64,000 nucleotides of DNA from positions 5,911 through 69,910 of the forward strand of contig CAIQOJ010000139.1 of assembly GCA_903873395.1 (NCBI GenBank), given 5' to 3'. Positions within the stretch are counted from its first letter, which is position 1, and every line of letters starts with the position of its first letter. This document shows, one piece after another, positions 57,368 through 64,000 of this stretch. This stretch comes from an uncultured Acidimicrobiaceae bacterium (GTDB taxonomy: Bacteria; Actinomycetota; Acidimicrobiia; Acidimicrobiales; RAAP-2). The notes beneath the pieces were generated by a model. That model saw only the letters and a program-made list of their open reading frames with translations, was not told the DNA's origin and ran no database searches. The translations under genes and the position numbers were made by a program.

Positions 57368-58384
57368 TCACCGCTGCTGGAGTCGAACCTCAAGTGCGTC
57401 TCGGAGGGCGTCGCCCACATAGTTGAAAGCGACCACCACGAGCACGATGCAGATCCCTACCGGATAGATCTGCCACCAGTAGCCATTTCCCGCAGACGCC
57501 ACACCCGTCGAGAGCATGGTGCCCCAATCGGTCTGAGGCGCCGGTACTCCAAGCCCCAAGAAACCCAGGGCAGCGAGCAGAAGGATGGAATCGGCCACCT
57601 GGAAGGTGGCGAACACCACGATGGTCCCCACCGTATTGGGGATGATGTGTCGGTTGACGATCCGAGACCCACTCCCACCCATCACCCGCACGGCCTGCAC
57701 ATATTCACGTGTTCGCAGGGTGAGGGTCTCACCGCGTATCAACCGAGCTGGTATCAGCCAACTCACAAAGGCGATCACGACGATCAACAAGACCTCGCTC
57801 TGGTGGTAAATGGTGACCAGGGCGATCAGCAAGAAGAGGACGGGCACGGACAACAAGACGTCGACGATCCGCATCAGGAACGAGTCCAACCAGCCTCCGG
57901 CGAACCCCGAGACAGCGCCATACAGCGTGCCGACCACGGTGGCCACCAGGGCAGAGGCCAGACCAACGATGAGCGACGCCTGCCCACCGAACATCAGACG
58001 ACCCAGGATGTCGAACCCAGATGGGTCCGTGCCCAACGGGTGCCCATTACCCGGTGCGGCGTTCTGCACCGAGTCCTGCAGCGCCAACTGCGTGTTCGTC
58101 TGGTTGGTCACATACAGATGGGGACCGACGAAGCAGAACAGGAGGAAGAAGGCGATCGCGGCAAGACTGACGACGGCCAGCTTGTTCTCCACAAAGACCC
58201 GTCCGATTTGGCGCCAGGCGCCACCGGACGTGTTGGCAACTCCTCCGTCAAGGTCGTGGCCGAGTGGATGTGGGCCGTCTCCCGCCTGATCGAATCCAGG
58301 AGTCATGGTCTCCCCCACACCAATCGGCAAGGGGGTGACGCGCTCCACGTCTCCAAACATCGGGTCGAACTCGTCGTTGGACAT
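57368..58384 (-). CDS. ABC transporter permease (DppC/OppC-like)
   Basis: Six predicted TM segments, a BPD-transporter EAA-like region (REYVQAVRVMGGSGSRIVNRHIIPN) and an N-terminal OppC-type extension. ATG 58384 lies directly after the upstream stop. Confidence 0.88.
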   Translation of the reverse strand: MSNDEFDPMFGDVERVTPLPIGVGETMTPGFDQAGDGPHPLGHDLDGGVANTSGGAWRQIGRVFVENKLAVVSLAAIAFFLLFCFVGPHLYVTNQTNTQLALQDSVQNAAPGNGHPLGTDPSGFDILGRLMFGGQASLIVGLASALVATVVGTLYGAVSGFAGGWLDSFLMRIVDVLLSVPVLFLLIALVTIYHQSEVLLIVVIAFVSWLIPARLIRGETLTLRTREYVQAVRVMGGSGSRIVNRHIIPNTVGTIVVFATFQVADSILLLAALGFLGLGVPAPQTDWGTMLSTGVASAGNGYWWQIYPVGICIVLVVVAFNYVGDALRDALEVRLQQR

Positions 58385-58385
58385 G

Positions 58386-59342
58386 TCAGCCTCCCTCGAG
58401 CCGGATCCGGGGGTCGGCCACGGCGTAGAGGACGTCAGCGAGGAGTGACCCGAACACCGTGGCGATGGTGATGACCAGCGTCGTCCCGAGTACGACAGGA
58501 ATGTCGACGTTGAACGCCGACTGCACGGTGAGGAGTCCCATGCCCGGATAGTTGAAGACATTCTCGACGATGAGCGCCCCAGACACGATGGCCGGGAGCG
58601 AGAGACCCAACAGGGTGATCAGGGGAATCAGCGCGTTTCTCAGAGCATGCCCGTAGAGGACCCGGCGACTCGATGCCCCCTTCGCCTTTGCTGTGCGTAC
58701 GTAGTCCTGGGTGAGTTGTTCCATCATCGACGAGCGCATATAGCGGCTGAAGGAGGCGATCGATGTCACGCACAGGGTCGCGATGGGGAGCACGAACGCC
58801 CACGGATCGGTGAACACCGCCCATGCCGATGCATCGGTGGGCGGAGAGACCGGAAAGATCTTGAGGTCGAAGCTGAACCAGATGATCAGCAGAGTTCCGA
58901 CCAGGAAATCGGGCATGGCATAGAAGAAGAACGACGTCCCGGTGATGGCGTAGTCGATCGGCCGGTTGCGACGCACCACCTGCAGGATCCCGAGAGGAAC
59001 GGCGATCACCAGGGCCAAGACCACCGACGCGGTCACCAGCGTGAGCGTCTTGGGAAGTCGCTGGAAGATGACATCGCTGACTCCCTGGTTGTACTTGTAG
59101 GAGTACCCAAGATCGAAATGGGCGAAGATTCCGACGACGTAGTGCCAGAACTGCACCAAGATCGGCAGGTCGAGCCCGTTGCGCCGATTGAACAAGGCGA
59201 TCGTATGGGGCGTTGCCTTCGGACCTAATACCGCCCGAGCTTCGCCTCCTGGCACCAAGCGGGCCAGCACGAAGGTGAACAGGATCACCCCAAGGATGAC
59301 GACGAGAGCCTGGCCGCACCGGCGAAGGATGTAGCCGGTCAT
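58386..59342 (-). CDS. ABC transporter permease (DppB/OppB-like)
   Basis: MTGYILRRCGQALVVILGVILFTFVLARLVPG N-terminus and DYVRTAKAKGASSRRVLYGHALRNALIP EAA loop are typical of DppB/OppB. Confidence 0.9.
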   Translation of the reverse strand: MTGYILRRCGQALVVILGVILFTFVLARLVPGGEARAVLGPKATPHTIALFNRRNGLDLPILVQFWHYVVGIFAHFDLGYSYKYNQGVSDVIFQRLPKTLTLVTASVVLALVIAVPLGILQVVRRNRPIDYAITGTSFFFYAMPDFLVGTLLIIWFSFDLKIFPVSPPTDASAWAVFTDPWAFVLPIATLCVTSIASFSRYMRSSMMEQLTQDYVRTAKAKGASSRRVLYGHALRNALIPLITLLGLSLPAIVSGALIVENVFNYPGMGLLTVQSAFNVDIPVVLGTTLVITIATVFGSLLADVLYAVADPRIRLEGG

Positions 59343-59401
59343 CGCGTATGCCCGAGCATCGCTATCCTCGCCCTGCGTCGACAGGCGGCCACAATGCCGA
59401 C

Positions 59402-59428
59402 CGACCCCGGGGCAACCCCGGGGTCGGC
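59402..59428 (-). terminator. Strong intercistronic GC stem-loop between the SBP and permease genes (partial terminator or mRNA stabiliser)
   Basis: Perfect 12-bp inverted repeat ccgaccccgggg/ccccggggtcgg with a 3-nt loop (caa), about 32 nt downstream of the SBP stop on the minus strand. No clear U tract. Confidence 0.5.
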
Positions 59429-59459
59429 GCTACAGGACAGGATGCAGCGACTGATGCGC

Positions 59460-61352
59460 TCAGAATCGCCACTCCTCGGGGTTGATCGTCCACAACGGAT
59501 TCTGAGGAATGACACCCTTGAGGCCCTTCACCACTTCGGTGAGCGACGTCACGGCGTTGGGCTGCCAGATGCCCGGCAGTTGCTCAGCGAGGTAGTTCTC
59601 GTACTGCGTGAGGGGCGTTTGCGAGGTGATGGTGGCCGTGATGTTGGCGTCGTTCGTCGGGTCGGAGTAACTGCCCGAGTTGGACCCAGCACCGGTCTGG
59701 AAGATGGGCTCTCCCGAGGGGTAGTAGTCCGGCGAGAAGATCCACCCGGCTCCCCAGTTCTCGAGCTCCCACGAGCAGCCGGACCCCCCTGAGCATGGAG
59801 TGGCGTTGCTCAGCACGGTGTTGAACGAGGCCTGCGACAACGTGATGTTGATGCCGGCCGACGCCCACGACGACTTCTCTGCAGTCATCAGCTGAGTGAG
59901 CGCATCTCCGCCGCTGGCATACTCGAGATTGAACGCCAGCTTGGCGCCAGCGGGGATGCCGGCACCACATTGATTGGACGCTGTGCCCGGCGAGACGCAG
60001 GTGGTCGTGCCGTTGGGCACCACGTTCCAGCCGTGGTCCTTCAGCAGATTTGTGGCCTTGGATGGGCTGTAGGGGTAGGGATTGTTCTTCTCCACCGTCG
60101 AAGCAAAGGAGTTGGCTGGGGTGACCGGGACCGGCCCGTAGGTGCCGACGCCGTAGCCCTTGTTGATCTTCTGGTTGTAGAGCGGCTGATCGACCAGGTA
60201 CTGCATGGCCTGGCGGAAGTAGAGCTGACTGAAGATTTTCCCGGCGTTGCCGTCATCACCCGTCGAGTTGAAGTTGTACGGGAAGTAGTTGATCGACCAG
60301 GTGTAGAGGGGGTCGAGTGTGTAATTCGTCAACCGTGGATTGTTCGGTCCAGCCTTGAGGGCGTTGGACGTACCTGACGTCACATCACTTACAGGGAGAT
60401 ACCCGACGTCGATGCTGCCGTTCACCAGTGCGTTGAACTCAGCGGAGTCCGAGGTGAACGGCACTTCCTTGAAGGTCTTCACCGTTGGCTTGATCGGCCC
60501 TGAGTAGCTTGAGTTGGCGGTGAAAGTCACGTTGCCGGAAGCATCGAAATGCGTCAGCTTCCAGGGGCCGTCGACCACGCCCCACAACGGATTTGTCGCA
60601 TACGTCGACAAGGAGTTGTTGGCTGCCTTGGGATTAGACGGGTCGTAACCGGCCTCCTTGGACAGGTAGGTGTAGGTGGACGTGCACGCCGAATCGGCTG
60701 TGCCGAACGCCGCCTTGGCGCACCCACCAGAGTTCGGCGCACCGCCGGTCGTGGTGATGTCCCACGCATCGGGCATGGGCGTGATCTGGCTCAATTCGTT
60801 GTAGGTGAACCAGTCCTGATTGACCGCCGCATTCATGTGGAAGGTCATCTGGGTCGGACTGGTCACATCGATCGACGTGATGTCGTCGGGGATGGTGCCC
60901 GCCGCATAGCCGGCCCAATTCTCCTTCTGGGCATGCAGCATGTTCATCCAGAACATCACGTTCTGGGTCGTCACCGGGGTGCCGTTCGACCACGTGTAGT
61001 TGTTCAGCGTAATCGTCACACTCGTGCCATCGGATGAGTACTGAGGTGCTTGAGCGATCGACAACTGCGTGTTCAGACTGAGTCCGGCACCTCGGCCGAA
61101 CCAGTAGAGCGGCCGGTACATCAGGTATTGGAATTGGGAGGTGTTGGACACCGAGAAGAACGCCAAGCTGGTGAACGGGAAGATAAAGTTCGGCGGGGTC
61201 TGGGGAGCTTCGGCCCAGGTGAGGACATCCTTGTTGCTCGTCGCACTGCTCGAACTACTCGAACCGCAGCCGGCAGCAACCACCCCGGTTGCCAGGACGG
61301 CAGCCACAGCTCCGATGCGTAGTGCCGACTGGAACCTTCCCTGACGCTTCAT
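59460..61352 (-). CDS. ABC transporter substrate-binding lipoprotein, family 5 (peptide/nickel)
   Basis: MKRQGRF..AVLATGVVAAGCGSSSSSS is a signal peptide with a lipobox Cys. The ~630-aa size and the adjacent DppB/C-type permeases support the call. The ORF track extends to 61448. Confidence 0.85.
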   Translation of the reverse strand: MKRQGRFQSALRIGAVAAVLATGVVAAGCGSSSSSSATSNKDVLTWAEAPQTPPNFIFPFTSLAFFSVSNTSQFQYLMYRPLYWFGRGAGLSLNTQLSIAQAPQYSSDGTSVTITLNNYTWSNGTPVTTQNVMFWMNMLHAQKENWAGYAAGTIPDDITSIDVTSPTQMTFHMNAAVNQDWFTYNELSQITPMPDAWDITTTGGAPNSGGCAKAAFGTADSACTSTYTYLSKEAGYDPSNPKAANNSLSTYATNPLWGVVDGPWKLTHFDASGNVTFTANSSYSGPIKPTVKTFKEVPFTSDSAEFNALVNGSIDVGYLPVSDVTSGTSNALKAGPNNPRLTNYTLDPLYTWSINYFPYNFNSTGDDGNAGKIFSQLYFRQAMQYLVDQPLYNQKINKGYGVGTYGPVPVTPANSFASTVEKNNPYPYSPSKATNLLKDHGWNVVPNGTTTCVSPGTASNQCGAGIPAGAKLAFNLEYASGGDALTQLMTAEKSSWASAGINITLSQASFNTVLSNATPCSGGSGCSWELENWGAGWIFSPDYYPSGEPIFQTGAGSNSGSYSDPTNDANITATITSQTPLTQYENYLAEQLPGIWQPNAVTSLTEVVKGLKGVIPQNPLWTINPEEWRF

Positions 61353-61460
61353 GCGCTCTCCACTCTGGTCTGTTTCCCGCGACGGCTGACGTTGACCGAC
61401 GAGCGGGACCTGTTGGACATCGGACGCTAAACCACACCGGCCTTCCACTCAACTATCCAT

Positions 61461-61498
61461 CCTCTCGCACTTCACGTTTCAACCTCTCGCACCTCACG
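61461..61498. promoter_or_regulatory. Direct repeat cctctcgcacYtcacg x2 (22-nt spacing) in a divergent intergenic region
   Basis: Copies at 61461-61476 and 61483-61498 differ at one position. Function unknown. Confidence 0.25.
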
Positions 61499-61514
61499 CT
61501 CGCATCGAGGTCAC

Positions 61515-61576
61515 CCTGCTCGACCACCGTCGACCATTCAGATGACCTGCTCGACCACCGTCGACCCTTGAGATGA
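61515..61576. promoter_or_regulatory. 31-bp tandem direct repeat x2 (29/31 identical), candidate operator or iteron-like site upstream of the CBS gene
   Basis: cctgctcgaccaccgtcgaccattcagatga (61515-61545) and cctgctcgaccaccgtcgacccttgagatga (61546-61576). The first 21 nt are identical. Confidence 0.35.
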
Positions 61577-61605
61577 AAGGGGACCTTCGACAGGGGTTCC
61601 CTTTC
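61575..61605 (+). other. Imperfect stem-loop immediately after the 31-bp repeats
   Basis: gaaagggGacc-ttcgacagg-ggtTccctttc, giving 7+3 bp of pairing with one mismatch. It lies about 58 nt upstream of the CBS gene ATG. Confidence 0.3.
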
Positions 61606-61662
61606 GACGTCGTAAGTGGAAAGATGCTGGCACGGTGCAGTTGCGCACTCGAGGGAGGCAGC

Positions 61663-62094
61663 ATGCTCGTCGCATCAATCCTTGAAGCCAAGGGCTCGGT
61701 CGTGGCTACCGTTCCACGGTCCACGCCTCTGACCGTCGTAGTTACCGAGTTGGTCCGCCATCGCGTCGGCGCACTCGTCGTCTCTCCAGGCGACGGATCG
61801 GTCGACGGAATCGTGTCGGAGCGAGACATCGTGCATCGATTGAGCGGTGTGCGGGGCGACCTGTTCGACCAAGTAGTTGAATCAGTGATGTCCACCCAGG
61901 TCATCACCTGTACGCCCGAAGACACCGTGCAGTCGGTGATGGAACTGATGACCGACCGTCACATCCGTCACGTACCCGTGGTGGTGGACGACCGGCTCTG
62001 CGGGATCATCTCGATCGGCGACGTCGTGAAGACCAGGATCGACGAACTCGAGCGTGATCGGAACGAACTCATGCACTACATCGGTGCCCGCTGA
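61663..62094 (+). CDS. CBS-pair domain protein
   Basis: 143 aa with two CBS motifs (VVTELVRHRVGALVV..GIVSERDIV and VMELMTDRHIRHVPVVVDDRLCGIISIGDVVK). ATG 61663 is preceded by GGGAGG. The ORF track opens at 61573. Confidence 0.85.
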   Translation: MLVASILEAKGSVVATVPRSTPLTVVVTELVRHRVGALVVSPGDGSVDGIVSERDIVHRLSGVRGDLFDQVVESVMSTQVITCTPEDTVQSVMELMTDRHIRHVPVVVDDRLCGIISIGDVVKTRIDELERDRNELMHYIGAR

Positions 62095-62172
62095 CCTAGG
62101 CCGACGTTAGGGGTACAGGCCTGAATTTGGCATCTCGGGCGACGTCAGGCGATGTTCTGGTGAGACACGCCC

Positions 62173-62388
62173 CTAGGCCAGGGCTTCCTCCACCACCAGT
62201 GCGCCGTTCGGGCATGCATTGGCAGCCCGGCGTGCCCGCTTCAGTGCCCGCTCATCTTGCAGCTCCACGTCAATGATCTTTCCGTAGCCCCACTGATCGA
62301 GTTCGATCCCTGACGAGAAGAAGACGGCGCAGATGGCATGACCCCGACAACGCGTGGGGTCGATGCGAATGGTCGCACTCACTTCCAT
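62173..62388 (-). CDS. Small ferredoxin (single [3Fe-4S]/[4Fe-4S]-type)
   Basis: 71 aa. The CRGHAIC ... CP spacing (IDPTRCRGHAICAV ... ANACPNGAL) is typical of small actinobacterial ferredoxins. The start overlaps the upstream stop by 10 nt. Confidence 0.6.
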   Translation of the reverse strand: MEVSATIRIDPTRCRGHAICAVFFSSGIELDQWGYGKIIDVELQDERALKRARRAANACPNGALVVEEALA

Positions 62389-63878
62389 CCACCTCCGGAA
62401 CTATCGATGCGCCTCGGGCCGGGCACCATGAAGACAGGAGCCAGTTCGGCACCGGCGCACGGTCCGCCATCCAGATGAGCCTCGACGTCACCGGCGAATA
62501 CGTCCAGAGCCGAACGCACCAACCGGACCACAGCATCAGGGTGCCCACAGGCACCACTTCCAAAGATCTCGTCGGCGATGGACGCTGTTTTCCTCACGCC
62601 GCGACGCCGCATCCGGCCACGAGCAAGATCTCCCAATGCGGCAGCCAGTCGCGGGAGCCCGGACACGCAAGATCCGCACTGACCTGCAGACTCGCCGGCT
62701 AGGTAGGCCACGATCCTGGCCGTCTCCGCCAATCCACAGGCCCCTGGAGGCAAGACTCCGACCATCCCGCAGCCAGGTCCAGCACCAACGTCTGACAGCC
62801 CAGGTCGACTGAACGGCGTCGACCATGCGTCGGCTCCGTCGACCCAGGTGCCCCCGAAACCACCGACGAGCACAGCGGCTGGCGGGTGATCGAGGCCGCC
62901 GGCTTGCAGCAGGTCTCCCAGGGTGACGGGGCCGGATGCCTCGACGACGAGTCCCGGCTCAGCAACAGCCCCAGTCAAGGTCACCAAGCGCGTGCCGGGC
63001 GCGTCATCGCTACCAAACGCACGCCAGACATCGCCTCCCAGTCGCACCGCTACGGCTAGGTGAGCCAAGGTCTCGACGTTCGACACCACTGTGGGACGCC
63101 CCGATGGGCCATGCACAGCTAGTGGGCTGGTGGTGAAGTACGGGCGCGCTTCTCCCCCTTCGACGGACGAGGCGACTGCCGAGGACTCGCCTGACACATA
63201 GCGGTCAGGACCCTCCGACAATCGCCATGCAGGGTCGACCACCGTATGGGATTGGTCCGGGGACAACGAGTCGGCTGCAGCAAATCCGGCGGCCTTGCGC
63301 TGTTCGATGGCCGCTCGCAGCGGCCCTGCCATTCCGCTTCCCCGGTGCATGTGCACCACGACGTCTGATGTACCGAGAGCTTTGGCCACCAAGGCGGCGC
63401 CATCAAGCACCAGGTGAGGCCGAAGGGTGCACAGCGTTGCGTCCTTGCGGCTGGCTGGTTCGCTCTCGCTGGCATTGACGATGACCAGCGGATGCCCAGC
63501 CGCACGAGCGGCGTCCACTTTGCGACGGAGGGGAAAACCGCCTCCGCCTCGCCCATCGATCTCACTCGAGTCAAGTACATCGAGAATGGTGGCAGTGTCG
63601 ACTGCGAGTGCCCCCCATCGGGCGAGATGCAGCTCCAGGTCGGCTGGGCCACCCCCCGCTGTCGGTCCCGACAGCAGCACCGTGCCGAGCGATCCCACTG
63701 GTCCGACTAGTGCTCTACCCACCCCCCGCTCGGCGGCGTCACTGTCGCCAACCGGCATCAATGGGTCGGCAACGATGCCTTCGGATTGGGCTGCTCGTGC
63801 TTCCCTGGCGATGTCCTGAGCCAAGCGGCCGAGTGACAGCGGGTTCCCACGCGGGCGAATACTGACGGGCGTACTCAT
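62379..63878 (-). CDS. NuoF-like flavoprotein (NADH dehydrogenase 51-kDa subunit family, Fe-S binding region)
   Basis: DGRGGGGFPLRRKV (cf. GRGGAGFPTG), VIVNASESEPASRKD (cf. NADESEPGTFKD) and ESAGQCGSCVSG plus GSGACGHPD (cf. ESCGxCxPCREG .. C of cluster N3). ATG 63878 forms an ATGA overlap with the upstream ORF. Confidence 0.7.
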   Translation of the reverse strand: MSTPVSIRPRGNPLSLGRLAQDIAREARAAQSEGIVADPLMPVGDSDAAERGVGRALVGPVGSLGTVLLSGPTAGGGPADLELHLARWGALAVDTATILDVLDSSEIDGRGGGGFPLRRKVDAARAAGHPLVIVNASESEPASRKDATLCTLRPHLVLDGAALVAKALGTSDVVVHMHRGSGMAGPLRAAIEQRKAAGFAAADSLSPDQSHTVVDPAWRLSEGPDRYVSGESSAVASSVEGGEARPYFTTSPLAVHGPSGRPTVVSNVETLAHLAVAVRLGGDVWRAFGSDDAPGTRLVTLTGAVAEPGLVVEASGPVTLGDLLQAGGLDHPPAAVLVGGFGGTWVDGADAWSTPFSRPGLSDVGAGPGCGMVGVLPPGACGLAETARIVAYLAGESAGQCGSCVSGLPRLAAALGDLARGRMRRRGVRKTASIADEIFGSGACGHPDAVVRLVRSALDVFAGDVEAHLDGGPCAGAELAPVFMVPGPRRIDSSGGGWK

Positions 63879-64000
63879 ACCTGCACCCCCCCGTTGCGCT
63901 GCAGGGTTCCCGCTACCCACCGGGTACCCTGGAGCACCACGACCATCGAGCAGGTGGCCACATACAGCCAGCGCAAGCCCGAGGCATCGCTGCCAGCCAG
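63875..64000 (-). CDS. 3' end of an unidentified upstream gene (C-terminal 41 codons, hydrophobic)
   Basis: My translation of the reverse strand, in frame from the window edge: LAGSDASGLRWLYVATCSMVVVLQGTRWVAGTLQRNGGVQV*. It ends in a TGA overlapping the NuoF-like ATG. Too short to identify. Confidence 0.4.
   Translation of the reverse strand: MAGSDASGLRWLYVATCSMVVVLQGTRWVAGTLQRNGGVQV

Noticed and set aside
1-64000. Search by eye for tRNA, rRNA, tmRNA, RNase P RNA, riboswitches, IS elements, integrases, toxin-antitoxin pairs and defence genes
   Set aside because: No intergenic gap other than 61353-61662 exceeds about 205 bp. None shows tRNA T-arm consensus or recognisable riboswitch cores. 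No ORF has transposase, integrase, restriction or Cas-like motifs. A covariance-model scan (tRNAscan-SE, Infernal/Rfam) would be needed to exclude small RNAs formally.

Overview
High-G+C chromosomal core region with an actinobacterial gene order. It is almost entirely coding. I call 52 protein-coding genes, two of them truncated by the window edges. Every gene from 7061 to 49477 lies on the minus strand.

Content is mainly housekeeping:
- ppk and two SEDS (FtsW/RodA family) genes
- aroE-mltG-ruvX-alaS, then rarA-aspS-hisS-rel
- secF-secD-yajC-tgt-queA
- ruvBAC-yebC-pdxTS
- a phosphatidylinositol-mannoside (PIM) lipid cluster (pimA / acyltransferase / pgsA), then HIT-thrS and mshC
- a small oxidoreductase cluster, a peptide-type ABC importer and a NuoF-like/ferredoxin pair

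The order closely parallels the Mycobacterium tuberculosis Rv2552c-Rv2614c region. That comparison is from recalled knowledge, not a search. Many neighbouring genes share 4-nt ATGA/GTGA stop-start overlaps.

I found no rRNA, tRNA, CRISPR array, transposase, integrase or prophage gene. I also found no self-contained, clearly novel multi-gene system such as a defence island.

The most unusual items are:
1. A PAS-GGDEF diguanylate cyclase joined by 4-nt overlaps on both sides into the PIM biosynthesis operon.
2. A 1001-aa secreted S53 sedolisin-IPT/TIG protein ending in five near-identical 42-aa (126-bp) repeats, abutting rarA.
3. Two SEDS genes without partner PBPs flanking a GGDEF-EAL protein and a RodA-coupled bifunctional-nuclease-domain gene.
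4. A 310-bp divergent intergenic region with a 31-bp direct repeat.
5. A truncated NuoF-like/ferredoxin module at the right edge.
6. Recurrent 12-18 bp tandem repeats, both in frame and intergenic.

All functional calls rest on motif recognition by eye and on synteny. No database search was run. Many start codons are uncertain, because stop-poor high-GC sequence extends ORFs upstream of the true start.
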